Source: Podarcis filfolensis
Lineage: Eukaryota
Length of the DNA: 64,000 bases
NCBI GenBank assembly: GCA_964270895.1
Contig: OZ185437.1
Reading direction: 5' to 3' (one strand)
This document shows positions 1 through 13,030 of this stretch, one piece after another. Made by a program: the position numbers and the translations under genes. The notes beneath the pieces were generated by a model. It saw only the letters and a list, made by a program, of their open reading frames with translations, searched no databases and was not told where the DNA came from. Position 1 is the stretch's first letter; the number at the start of each line of letters is the position of its first letter.

Positions 1-164
1 TGAGGACCTGTTCAAATTCTCACACATCCATGCAGCTCACTGGGTGATTGTGGGTTGCCTTTAATCACTTCTACATTTGTTCTGTTTTAAGCTGTTTTAA
101 TGGAATTTTATTGTGGATTGCCCTGCACACCCTTTTGGAATGATGGGCAGGTTATAAATGTGAA

Positions 165-280
165 GCAGAATAGCAGTGCCTAATCTTCCTGGCAGGGTTG
201 TTGTGAGGATAAAATATGGGGGAAAGGGGAGAGAGCTATGCATGACACTTTCAGCACTTTGGTGGAAGATGAGTTATAAA
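165..280 (+). mobile_element. Decayed MIR/Ther1 (Squam3-like) SINE 3' core
   Basis: ctggcagggttgttgtgaggataaaat resembles the MIR-type core (acctcacagggttgttgtgaggataaa). Confidence 0.55.
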
Positions 281-407
281 CTTAACAAACAAACAAGCAA
301 ATACATAATAATGATGGGTACATAACTGCTATAATCAATTGTATTTTATTCAAAATACATTAATATTTCATATGGCTTCATATTTGTACATGTATAACTT
401 ACATATA

Positions 408-657
408 CAGCTGTACCTTGGATCCCAAACACTTTGGTACTTAGCTGTTTTGGCTCCCGAACACCACAAACCCGGAAGTGAGTGTTCCAGTTTGCGAACG
501 TTCTTTGTAACTCGAACATCCAATGGGGCTTCTGCAGCTTCTGATTGGCTGCAGGAGCTTCCTGCAGCCAATCAGAAGTCGCACTTTGGTTTTCGAATGT
601 TTTGGAAGTCGAATGGACTTCCGGAACAGATTCTGTTCAACTTCTAAGGTACAACTG
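408..657. mobile_element. Tc1/mariner-Tigger type MITE
   Basis: TIRs cagctgtacctt / aaggtacaactg, TA on both flanks (406-407, 658-659), perfect internal 19-bp inverted repeat at 538-578. Confidence 0.85.
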
Positions 658-700
658 TATAATGGACATCTACAGAGGGTCTGTTCATAAAGTGTATCAC

Positions 701-763
701 TTATTATTATTATTATTATTATTATTACTGCTACTACTATTACTATTACTATTCTTATTTATT
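701..763. repeat. (ATT)n/(CTA)n microsatellite
   Basis: Directly visible. Confidence 0.95.
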
Positions 764-2758
764 ACCTGTCATTCACCATAAGGTCTGGACTGACCCAGCA
801 GGGCTCACCTTATATAATTCACAATTCTTTAGTTTAGTTTATCAAATTTGTTGATTGTTTTCCACAACCAGAGAAAATAACTTACAGAACAAGAATCAAA
901 AAGAAAAAGAAAGAAAATACAGTGTGCTGTTTGCAGAATATTCCTCTACTGTTGGTGGCCTTGGACTTATGAGGATCTTGAATGCCAAAAGGTGGCAGGG
1001 AATTGGCAGAACACAATGTGCTAAGGAGATTTCAGTTCCTGGTCACAGGTTCCAAGGTAACAGGCTAATTCTTAGAAGAAACAAGAGTTGCAGTTTCTCC
1101 AGTCCAGCTAATTCAAATATGTCAATGTTGTCATCATAATCATCACTTCTCAGTGTTTTCCAGGTAAATGATGTACAGTTTCTAGTTAAGAATAGTTTGC
1201 CAATGAGTCTGTACATGAAAACTCACTGTGGAATCTGGGAGTCAACATGTGTTACTTGTTTCCCTGTTGAATTCCATCCTCAAGGTTATCTGGAACAGGT
1301 TGCACCTAGCTAGATGCATGTACAGTTTTAGGCTTCTGGCCTTTCCTCTTAAGGCATTACCACACTTCATTGCAACCTAGATTGGGCAGTGACCTTTCTG
1401 CTTCCTCTTCTCTGGCTGGTGTTTCTTGGAAATTAATCTCCAGGCTTACTGATACAGTCACATCCCTGCATGTTGCCTTCTCTCCCTTTTGCCTTTCCAG
1501 AAGCCCATTAGATTTGACACTTTGTTCTCAAATTTCAAAAAGTAATGTGGGCACCTGTTTTAATCATGTTGGAGCCCCATTTAGCTGTTGTTATTGCAAC
1601 TGACGAAAATGCCTTGTAGTGTTGTGTCATTCCCCTTTCAGCCATAATGCATATGGGCTGCAATAGGAACTAAGAAGGACCCAGGAATGCTGCAGCCACA
1701 CCCTACCTGGAGAGCTGAGGGCATCTCAGTCCACTTCTTAGTAAAGATATATCTCTACGGGTATATCTCATGATCTCTTGCATCCTTTGCAAGCTCTGTT
1801 GTCTTTTGAGCATTGCATGCTCCACCCATCTGGTTTGTTCTCTCAGTCTATGTATTATTTTAGCATTATAAACCCCTCAAGGCAGGGTTCTGGCTTATTA
1901 GTTGTTCCAAATAACACAGTTCAGCATTTTGCACCGGCATTAAAATGACTGGGAGGATTCCAGTGTGTATTTCTACATGCTGCCCAAGAGCAGCCCGAGA
2001 GATCTGTTGTTGCGGCTGTTGCTGTTGAATTCCTGTCATTTTCACTTGCAAAGAATTACTCTCAGCCAAAAAGTCAACAGCTTGGAGTTTTCCTATTACC
2101 TTCCTGTTACCTTTTGAAAATGCGATCCTATCTGTGTTTTACACCCACAGTTGGTGCAGACTGGTCTATTGGAGAAAATGGCGTACAGCCCTACCAGCTC
2201 CGCTCTGCCTGTCTTGCTACTTACAGCCAGTCCAGAGGGTCCTGGCTCTCAGCTTTCTCCACCTTAGTCTCAATGTTGCCATTATAGAACTCAACAGGGA
2301 GGAAGATGGGGACAGAACTAGAATTTGTTGGATCATCTGCTCATCACTGGCTCTGGCTCCACCTACTGCTGACCTGTCTTCCACCCTGCCAGTCCCAATG
2401 GGCACCAGCCACTGCTGCCCAAAGCCCGGGCATCTTTCATTAATCTTACACTGGCAGAGCACCATGTCACACAGGCAGGGTAGCAGCAGTTCCTTTGTGC
2501 TGGCTTCTGTTGCAGGCCTAAGCCTTATGTCCATGAGACTTTGCTTTCAATTGGAGAGTGGCAGGGTGGAGGAGGGGTGTAATGGGGGAGGAGTATGCCT
2601 TAAACAGACTCTTCACTCTGCAGAAGAGGTGGTCTAAGTTAACATACATCCATTGAACTAAGCGGAGAAGCAAAGGGTTGTGCCCCAAGCTCTACTTCAG
2701 ACACAACGGAAAACGGGGTTCTGATAAAAGCCCTCATCAGGCATTTCCCCTGTACATA

Positions 2759-2986
2759 CCCTGTTTCCCCGAAAATAAGACAGTGTTTTATATTAATTTT
2801 TGTTCCCAAAGATGCGCTAGGTCTTATTTTCAGGGGATGTCTTATTTTTCCATGAAGAAGAATACGGTACACATACCGGTATTCCGGGGAGGCCTTATGT
2901 TCGGGGGATGCCTTATATTACAGTGAGAGGCAAAACTGGAAGTAGGTCTTATTTTCGGGGGATGTCTTACTTTCGGGGAAACACGG
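2759..2986. mobile_element. Tc1/mariner (pogo/Tigger-like) MITE
   Basis: TIRs ccctgtttccccgaaaataagac / gtcttactttcggggaaacacgg with TA flanks; internal copies of gtcttattttc-ggggatg. Confidence 0.85.
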
Positions 2987-4094
2987 TATACATGTATATA
3001 ATGAATGCATTGCCCACAATGATGACACAGCCCCTTGCTATCAGTGTGTTTTTCACAGGTCTAAAGGGAGGGGAGAACTGGGGGCATGCAGTTGTTCCCA
3101 TACTGTGTTGCGACAGATTCACCTGTCCATATCAAAACAAGATGAAAATGTAGCTACACCTGTGGGCATTGTGCTGTTCTTCCAATCTTCTCAAGAAAGC
3201 GGGACTTGCTGCAGTAATAAGAAAGACAGAAGCAATTGGAAGACCTACGAGGCTTACAAATGGATGATGATACCCCACCCCCACCCCATGACAAAATGCG
3301 ACTGAAGGAGGCATAGTGATTCCACACTGAACGTCTAGTGTGGAAGCAGCCTACATAGGATTGCAACAATGTTATGCCAATAGAAGCCCTAGCATAGCAG
3401 CCGCCTGGCATACTGGAACCATAGGGTTACCCTGCCTATCAGTTTGCCAGTCACTATTAACTCCTGCTCTATTCTGCCTCCAGAGTTGCTATGTAGGTGT
3501 TGCTGATCATTGTCGATGTGTTTGTACAGTGCCTCGTGCGGCCATCTCCATTTTAAGCAAGGCTAGTAATCTCGCATATTTATGTGACCGACTGCTATAA
3601 TAATTATAGGGTGTTTTGAGTTTCACTTTAAATAATGGTTGTGAGCGACTTTGGATTACTTGCAAAAAGAGAGCTATGTGAACATGAAAGTCCTGAAGGG
3701 CAGACTTTCCAAAGTGTAAGGGGAGGCTACTCCAAAGAAGAGGGAAGTCTTTGTGAGAGTTCATGTAAACCTCTCCCTGAGCCCCACCCCCACCTCCTTT
3801 TAGTGGTTCCCTTTTAGCCCTGATTGGCCAAAGCGGGTTGGGGAGAGGATACCCATCCATTCCTTTCTAGTCAATCAGTGGGGGGCAGAAGCCCCAGCTC
3901 CTTAGAACCACTCTTACTGCCATGGAGCTGCTAAAACAGCAGAGTTTTACCATCTTATTATGATCCTTCCCTTAAAAAGATTTGGGTGGCTTTGCCATCA
4001 CATTTTAGTTTTCCAGGATAACATTCGTTCCAGGAAAACTGACAAAACATCTGTACAGCTTTCTCCTCCACGGAAGGGAAGGGAAGGGTTAAAC

Positions 4095-4347
4095 CATGGG
4101 TAGGCAAATTAAGGCCCGGGGGCCGTATCCAGCCCAATCGCGTTCTAAATCCGGCCCACGGACAGTCCGGAAATCAGCGTGTTTTTACATGAGTAGAATG
4201 TGTCCTTTTATTTAAAATGCATCTCTGGATTATTTGTGGGGCATAGGAATTTGTTCATTTTTTTATTCTTCAAAATATAGTCCGGCCCCCCACAAGGTCT
4301 GAGGGACAGTGGACCGGCCCCCTGCTGAAAAAGTTTGCTGACCCCTG
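4095..4347. mobile_element. hAT-type MITE with intact 8-bp TSD
   Basis: TSD ggttaaac at 4087-4094 and 4348-4355; imperfect TIRs catgggtaggcaaa / tttgctgacccctg. Confidence 0.9.
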
Positions 4348-4429
4348 GGTTAAACTCACCCCTCTTCATCCACTGTGATCCTGGTAATGTTCAGTGTCTC
4401 CCACTATGCCGTATACATTTGCAAATATA

Positions 4430-4577
4430 TGTTATAGGGAAGTTTTTAATGTTTGATGTCTTAGTGTGATTTGATTTGTTGGAAGCTGCCCAGAGTGGCT
4501 GGGGCAACCCAGCCAGATGGGCGGCATATAAATTATTATTATTATTATTAGTAGTAGTAGTAGTAGTAGTAGTAGTA
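4430..4577 (+). mobile_element. L2-type LINE 3' tail ending in (ATT)n(AGT)n
   Basis: aagctgcccagagtggctggggcaacccagccagatgggcggcatataaa followed by a microsatellite at 4532-4577. Confidence 0.7.
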
Positions 4578-5990
4578 ACACCTAGTTTGACCTTTCACTA
4601 TGCTGGGGATGCCTGAATAGTTTCTTTTTATTTGAAGTGACTCACACTGTCTATGTTTATGAATTCCTACTATAGAAGTTTCCCATGCAACCATCCTTTC
4701 CATGTGGATTTGAATCAAGTGTGGCGAGAAGGTGACAAATCAATAACACCAGTTCCTACAACATGAAATGGATTTGGCAAGAAGCCAAAACTTTAAGCTG
4801 TACATCCCAGAGAGCAGGAGTTCATTGATTCTTATTGACAGGTTATAGAGGAAAATTGGGCCAAGGACTGGAGTGCTATTTTTGCCTTCTACATCCCTTG
4901 AAAGCTTTGGACCACAGGTGAGATGGATAGTGCAAGTATTTTCTCCTTGCAACTCAGCTCACCATTCATCAAAATAGATTTCAGGGTGTACAACACAAAT
5001 TACATAAAAAGTGTCACGGGTGATATCCAGCTAAGTCATACTTGGAGTTGATTTCAGTGGATGTAATCTGAGTATAAACTGCACTCATGAACTATAAAAC
5101 AATACAACCAATAAGTGCAAATAAAAATTACAAAGTAGGTTCTTTCAATCCACAAAAAGCCACAAATCTTCAGTTAGCACCAAAATGCTACATGTGTTGG
5201 CATGCAAGCATCCTTCCACAAATGGATGTCTCATGTCTTTGCATAAGGCATGTCCCCTGAGAATGGTACATGGAGTCAAGCCTCCTTTGAAGATCTAAAG
5301 CCATAGTAGGGCATGGCAAGATGACCTTTAAAGATCATGACATGTTTATAATGCAAAGCATATTGGATGGTTACTTCCTCAAATACTTTTCTTCTATTGT
5401 CATAAATAACAATCATCAACAGTACACTAACCACTGGAGTTTAAATTTGGATTGAGGTGCTGTTGTTTTTGCTTACACTCAAACTAAAATGCATGTTGAC
5501 CTGTTTCTGACCCCAAGAAAAAGGAGGATTTTTTTCCATTATGCAACACTTTCGACCAGCTTACATAATCTGAATTAAAAGTATCAATGCTCACCAAGAC
5601 AGTTCATTAAGTGCTCTAAAGCAATGCCTTGGCTGTTTCCAGTGTTTTTACTTCCAGCAATGTGAAATTTCTGTGCTGAATATAGCTGCAGTTCTAGGCA
5701 GCTAAAGTATATAGAAGCCTTCCACACCAACTGAGATGCTGATTTGCTATTTCTTTGACTTAAGACACTAGTATTGTAGGCTTTCCATATATTTGCATAA
5801 TCAGAAGAGAAAAGAAAGGAAAGGAAAAGAAATATTTTAATAGGTTAGTTTCACAGTACTGCTATTTACTCAGTATTCCAATACCATTAGTCATTTAATC
5901 ATAGGTCCTAGGGTAAAAAAAATAACAAAAGACTATGGCTCTGCTCCAAGGCGTTTAACACACAAACAAAAACTTTTATATATAAAACTA

Positions 5991-6232
5991 CAGTAGTACC
6001 TCAGGTTAAGTACTTAATTCGTTCCGGAGGTCTGTTCTTAACCTGAAACTGTTTTTAACCTGAAGCACCACTTTAGCTAATGGGGCCTCCTGCTGCTGCC
6101 GCACTGCCGGAGCACGATTTCTGTTCTTATCCTGAAGCAAAGTTCTTAACCTGAAGCACTATTTCTGGGTTAGCAGAGACTGTAACCTGAAGCATATGTA
6201 ACCTGAAGCGTATGTAACCCGAGGTACCACTG
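5991..6232. mobile_element. Tigger/pogo-like MITE
   Basis: TIRs cagtagtacctc / gaggtaccactg, TA flanks (5989-5990, 6233-6234), internal taacctgaag repeats. Confidence 0.9.
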
Positions 6233-9200
6233 TACTATAAAACTACTCTTGGTCTTCTAGGATAGTGATTGCTTTCTGAGAACATTTCTCTTCTAACAGA
6301 AATGATGGGAAAGCATATAGTGGAGACTGAGTGTCACAATGCCCAGGGTTGCCCTTACCACTGCAAGCAACACCACAGAGGGATATAGGAGCAAAGGCCT
6401 GCCCAGAAAATTGCTGTCATGGCCCTAACAGTATGGCTGGGGTCCATACTTGTATCCTAGGGCAGCCACTAAGGCCCCAGTCTTTTGCAAAGAGCTGGTA
6501 TTAAGATCTTCCCAACATTTACCCCCAGTCCAAGACTATGAGCAATGCAAGGATCTGACCTCCTTTTTAATTTCTGACATTTCCAACCTAGTGTTACTTT
6601 GGAGCATTATGAAAATTTTAAAAGGTGGTTAGACCCAGCTGCCCACAGCTGCTTGGAGTGCCACCACTGCAGTTCGGCCTACTGACAGAGCAGAGGCCCA
6701 CCACTTTGACCCAAGCTCCTTCAGATCCAGAGGCAGCCCCACAGAGCAGAGTTCCATTCCCAGCCTTGTTTATCTTGACAACTGCCTAGAACACGCCTCC
6801 GTTAGACAATATCAATGGTTGATGAGTGATGTTTCCTGCATTCCGGATGAGTAGCTTTATGGTTGTTGGACTTTAACTCTCATCAGCCTCTACCAGCATG
6901 GCCAATGGTTGGGGAAGATAAGAACTATAGTCCAGCAACATCTGGAGAACCAGAGGTTCCCACATCCCTGAACTACATGCTACCTCAATTCCAGCCAGTC
7001 AAAATGGGTTCCTCTCAATGCCTTCTGAAAGCAGCTAGTTTTCAGATGGCAGATTTCAGACTGGCTTTTCCCGCTTTCAGTTCCACCTCTCTTTGTCTCA
7101 TAAATAAACAGGCATGACATTGGCATTTTGATTTTTTCCTTTAGGTCCTAAAGAGCCAAAGTGCATGTTACCCTAAATGCTTCTTACACTGCAGGTGTGG
7201 GTGTGTTTTAACTGCAGCTCATTCATTCATAATTTTATTATGATCAAAGACCAGCTCGCAGGAGGCTATTCAATCCAGATCTAAAGACCAGTGGTGTGGA
7301 AGAGGATTCGATCCTTTGTCCCCACACCTTGATTTCAGTGAAATCCTCCCTGCCATTTCCCACCCACACCCCCAAATAACAGCTTCCCTTACAGGTCACA
7401 TGATAGCTTTGGGGAAGAAATTTCCATCAGAACCATGATATGGGCATAGACTGTTAAGTTCAAACCACTTCCCCCACATGGGTGGTTGCTTTGAAAAATA
7501 AACACACAGGCGCAATTACAAAGACACATTTAATGTGATGAATAGTTTGGTGAGATCTATACTGTGACTGCCACATAGATGCCACATAGTGAAATCCTCC
7601 CTGCCACACAGATGGCAACACAGACTGTTGTAAGTATAGCTGGATAAGGCAAATTGCATGTATAGAGAAAAAGATAGGTGTCCACTTTATATTAGTACGT
7701 ACTCTGTCTAGCACCTACAGCATTCTCTAAATGTCATAAAGGTAGCCAATAATCAAACTGTCCTCTTATCCCATATCTCCTGCCTTTAAAAGTAACAACA
7801 TCAAATTCACCTCTGTATTGGGCTAATACCCAGCCAATGTTTTTACATTCAGAAGTGCTCTGTGATGAAGGTAGACTAATCCCATGCTTTGATGAAATTC
7901 CATCACCCTGTGGATAGCATCAACAGTATCACAATAGATACAGTGAGCTGAAATGGGTTCCATTTTATTGAGTAGCCAGTGTAAGTAAATAAATGCAACC
8001 AGCCCTTCCATAGAACTTCACTCTTTATGTAGCAAGAAATAAACACCCAAGGTCACTTCCAGAAAACCTGTTTATTGAGTATTCATCCTAATTTGTTTGC
8101 ACAAAGTTTGCAGAGACTGTTGGCTATTTATTGAGCATTGAATGTAGTTTGTTTGTGAAGCAGTTAAATGAAATTGCTTCAGCTAATGTTATCCCACACT
8201 TTCCAGTGCATTTCCCCATCACTTTCCTTATCAGAAAGGCTTGGAGGGAAGCAGGATCATTGTGCAAAAGCTCCAAGTCAGCTTTAGTTACACAACCTGT
8301 ATTGGCTGGTGTGTCGTTAAATGCCCCTGAAAATGACAAGACTCCAGCAAGGAGACCCTGAGAAACATGAACCCAAGCAAGCAGATTCACTCTTCCAGCT
8401 CTTCTGGCAGAACTGCAAGGCCCGTAAAGAGAAACAGCTGGCCCTCCAGATGCTGCTGGACTGCACTCCCATCCTTGCTGATCACTGGCCCTGCAGGCTG
8501 GGGCTGATGGGAGTCCAACAACAATGGGAAAGCCGCAAGCGCCCTATCGCTTCTCTATAGTTTACCACCAGGTCTTTTTAAAGCTGAATTGGATTATAGT
8601 GGACACCATGACTGAGGCTGCATTGAAGCAGCATTTTATTCTGTTTTCCTAATGTTTCCTTGGCCTGATAATTTCCATGTTTTATGTGATCTTTCACAGA
8701 ATGTAAAAGTCACTTTTGGAAATCTAGTGGAAATTTAGCACTCGTTTCTGTGCTAATTGTTTGCAAGCCAGTTAACCCAGAAAATTGTGAGAGTTTTAAA
8801 CTGTGATTTTCATAGTCTTCAAGGATCATGCCATGTCGTAAAACAAATAAAAAAGCCACTGTTCCATAATGCAGCAAGTATTGCAGTTAAAAGTAATGTT
8901 AGAAACCAGGACAGAAATGCTATCTTTATAACCAGGAAAACTAATGCAACAATCCCTGTATCTGAATGCCCCCTGAGTGCAGTAATCACCTACCTTTCTG
9001 CAGGAGGTAGTTTACAATGGACTTGTGCAAAATCTTGCACAATTGTTTCTTTTGTTGATTACAAAGAGGGTTAGCTGTAACCCCCTCCATAGGAAAAAGA
9101 AGAAGCAGTTTTGCTAGTGCTACTATCCCATTGTAGATGCAGAAAGTATCACTGGGCCATTCACTAGTGATTTGCTGAGAAAAAAAATTATCTGGGGCAC

Positions 9201-9871
9201 ATTGCAAAACAGGAGAAAGACACTGGGCTAAATCAATAAGAGGAATGCTAATCAAGGGAATTCCCTTCCAAAACCAGGAAAAAGCAAATCTTGATGCCTC
9301 TTCCTGCTAGAGCTAGAAAGACTACATCATTCACCTGTCTATCATGCTAATGCTTTTTATATACTCCTTATAAATCAGCTCTAAAAGCTTTCTATAAATG
9401 CCAATTAGCAGTTAAGGCAGAGCACAAATTAATCCTAGCTTGAGGACAGCATAGGGAAAGTCAGAGCATGTTCACATTATTACATTTTTTTCTACACTCC
9501 TTTGAAATGCATCTTCGTGAATATGCACTCACAGTCAGTGCAGCCAACATTCATAATAAATTCCAAAGGTGCTGGTACCCTTGGATCACAGAAGGCATGC
9601 TCTTGTGTTTGAATCCATCCCAGTTTTCAGTGAAATAAAAAGGGTTGACTGGCTAAAAAGCAAGTGAAGTAAGAAACACTAAAGGCTCAACCAGATATGA
9701 TGACGAAGATCTGTGGTCCAGATCTACTCCGTTTTGTTTAAGAAGCTAATAGCCTTCCCCAGCCAGGTCCCCTCCATACATTTAGGGCTACATCTTCCAT
9801 ATTCCCCAGCCATTGGCTATGCTGGCCGAGACTGATGGGAGATGTAGTCCAAAACATAAAGAGTGAACAAG

Positions 9872-10801
9872 CTCACAAGCTCACTCTGAAACTCACCTAC
9901 AGGTGGTACCTAACACCAAGAAAACTTGCACTAATACGCCCAGGAACCTCACCAAAATGCTGGAGAGGGTGCACCTCCACAGGCACATACCTCCACATGT
10001 GGTGGGAGTGCCCCAAAATCCCACTATTCTGGACAACAGCCATACAAGAAATATGTAAAATAACTAGGCAAGTATTAGATATCACCCCAGAATTGGCCCT
10101 ACTAAACATCTTCCAAGACGACAATGCCCATTTACACCACAAAGAACTCATAACCCACCTACTTTCAGCAGCCAGAAACACCATAACCAGACACTGGAGA
10201 GACACTGGAGAGACCAATGGTACCAAATAGTATGGGAAACTGCCCTACTAGAAAAATTAACCAATAAACTGAAACTGACACGGGGACAAACAGAAGAAGA
10301 TGCCTTTACCCTGGTATGGCTCCCATTTATCACATACACAGCCCAACAAGACAATGACAATAATCCACCAACAGCATACAAATCAATATGGCTAACCTGA
10401 TCCAAAACACCTACGCACCCCACTCACACACGAAAACAAAGGTCACCACAGCCAATCACAAGCAAACAACCACACCCTAGGCCAACCCCAACCTCTCTCA
10501 CCACCAAAGAAACAGAAATGAACAGCATGAGCAACGCTGATAGCAAACCCTACATACATTAAGCAAAATAGAAACATCGCCACCCGACCCCACCCCCACC
10601 CATCTTCCCCCCCTCCACCCCTTTCCCCCCCCTAATGTCTCAACAAATGAAACTGATTTGTAAAAATGTTACATGGAAAAAATACGAGAGACATTACACA
10701 TACTTCTGTAAAACAAGAAAACCTTTAATAAAAAAAAACAGAGCTCTGAGGAGGAAAGAAGAGCCCTGATGCTGAAGGTGGAAAAAAATAAAAAATAAAA
10801 A
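9872..10801 (+). mobile_element. 5'-truncated L1 LINE (ORF2 C-terminus, 3' UTR, polyA) plus 3'-transduced segment
   Basis: ORF 9835-10230 contains the L1 ORF2 cysteine-rich motif KCWRGCTSTGTYLHMWWECPKI and continues by frameshift to a stop near 10400; AATAAA plus A-run at 10727-10738; 14-bp TSD aaagagtgaacaag at 9858-9871 and 10802-10815. Confidence 0.9.
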
Positions 10802-10823
10802 AAAGAGTGAACAAGGTTATAGT

Positions 10824-11208
10824 GCCGGATTTATGTATAGGCTAAGTAGGCTGAAACCCAGGGCCTCCAAATCTAGGGGGCCTTGCCAGCCCTCCCGCTC
10901 CCCAGCGGGCAGTCTCCCCTCTCCCAAAACTGTAAACCCAAGACTTCGGGCAAGGGCAGGGCAACTCAGGCCCAGCAACTATTTGACTCAGGGCTAGCCA
11001 GTGGGGGCCAGTTTGAAGCAGTGGGGCGCAACTTGATTTTTATTTTTATTTTGTAGGGCCTCCGTTCACAGCCAAAGTCTGCAAAATCTTATAGATATAA
11101 ATAAAGTCCATCTAGATTGCCCTGGTGCAACCTAGGGCAATTGCCCTAGGGCCCCCTTATGAGAGGCCCGTGGAGCCCAATTGCTCCAATTGCCTTAAGG
11201 TCAGCCCT
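10824..11208. mobile_element. Probable non-autonomous DNA transposon (MITE)
   Basis: Imperfect TIR-like ends agtgccggattta / aaggtcagccctg and a GC-rich self-complementary interior. Confidence 0.45.
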
Positions 11209-12778
11209 GATGAGACTGCACAGGGGTTGGACTGACAAGCCCTGCACCTGGTGTCACCATTCAGAGTACAGACTCATGGACTTGTTGTGGAAATAAAGGG
11301 GGGGGCACTTACTGGAAATCAGTTTTGTCACCTCTCCCCCCAAACCCCGAGACAATGAGCCCAGCCACCTTTTATTCACAGTCACATAAACACTACACTA
11401 TAGCATGGCCATAAACTTGTACGTTCAACCGCTGAAATATGCACCCAATATGTAGCAATGGAGATTTCTGTTACTGCTCCAATCCAAGATAGCCCTCTCT
11501 CTGATACAGAAATCTGTGGGTGCAGAGGCAAGCTGTATACCTACTTTTAAGCTCACAAAGCCCATCACTTCACCCTAAATAATTGGGGCAATGGGGGGGG
11601 TTGGCTCTAATAGTGCAGCTGAACTATGTGCAGTGGTGGAACAGATTTTGAAGAATACATTACAGATGAAGCCCTAACCCAATCAACTCCAAGGCAGCTT
11701 TGCTGTCAGCTTGAAAAGAACATGAATTATAACCGAGACAAGCAATGTGGCCAAGCAAGCGCTGCTGGAGGCAATTCCACTTTCAAATCAGAGAGCAATT
11801 TTTTAATTAAGCAGCTTCAAGGTTGCATTAGCATGTTTATTATACTGCTTGAGTAACATCACGCATTTTTTAAAAATGCTTTTCCTTTCCAGAAGCTTGA
11901 ACAGAATGCATAACATCCTGTCTCCTTGTTTCCCTTTTTCTTTCTACCTCTGTTCCTCTCCAGTCTCTACACTTGAGCTCCTTCCCAAGAATTCAGCACA
12001 GCATTTTGAAGTCCCAGCAATCTGGAGCTTCAAAGTACTGCATCACCTGATGTCATTGTGACCTCAGGTAATGGACAGGTGAGGTGCCATGCCCACCTAT
12101 CAAATTCTGATGAGGTTGGGTGAGATAAGGATCTGGCCCACTGGCAATATCCAGTCCCCACACCCCGCTCTACAGGATTGTTCCCCACATTGGATTATTT
12201 GTATTATGCAAAGGCACATATGACCATCCTGGTGCCTTATTTTGTGTGTGTGTGTGTGTGTGTGTTTTGTTTAATGCTCCTTCAGGAAAAGGCAGTTGAG
12301 ATGAAAAGGCTGGGGAACAGCATAACTCTTGTTCATAATTTTCACAACTCAAATACCACCTGGCTTCAGGACTTCTTCTGCAGGGTTTGCAAACATATGC
12401 AAACAAGTAAAATCCACTGTGGGGAAGGGAGGCAATCTGGAGTGAGGAAATCTCAGGTGGGGAAAGGGATAAGCTCTTGAACCCCCAACCCACCCCACAC
12501 ACATACTTTCAAGTCAACCTGTTCTGAAGGTTTCTTTGGTACGTATTGTCATGTGCAGTCAGCTCAAGACCAGCCAGTCTGAAGCATTAATGCCACTGGA
12601 CAGGGTGTAAATCTTAGAAATAATGTATCATAGAACATTAGCCAGTTACTTTTATCACTGTAATTTCAAAGCTTATGTTGACATCTTGCAATACTTTGAA
12701 AGCAACTGTTTCTTGTCCTCAGAGTTTAAACAGTTGCCATTGCTCACTAATATGGAAGGCTAACAGCCTTAGATTCAC

Positions 12779-13030
12779 ACATAAGAACATAAGAAGAGCC
12801 TGCAGGATCAGGCCAGCGGCTCATTTGCAGATAAACTACATCTGTGATGGCTGTTGGATGCTGTTCTCAGAGTGCCAACCAGATGCCAATGGCAAGTCCA
12901 CAAGCAGGACATGAGCTCAAGAGCACTCCCTCGTCCCACTATTCCCAGCAACTAGTATTGAAATCCCCCAGGGATCTGCCCCCCAGTGAAATGTTTCGTG
13001 TCATCGCCAGCCAGGCATCTTTACTAGACT
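12779..13030 (+). mobile_element. CR1-type LINE 3' fragment
   Basis: cataagaacataagaagagcctgcaggatcaggcc...ccaaccagatgcc motif; related decayed copies near 23385, 30365 and 32945. Confidence 0.6.
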
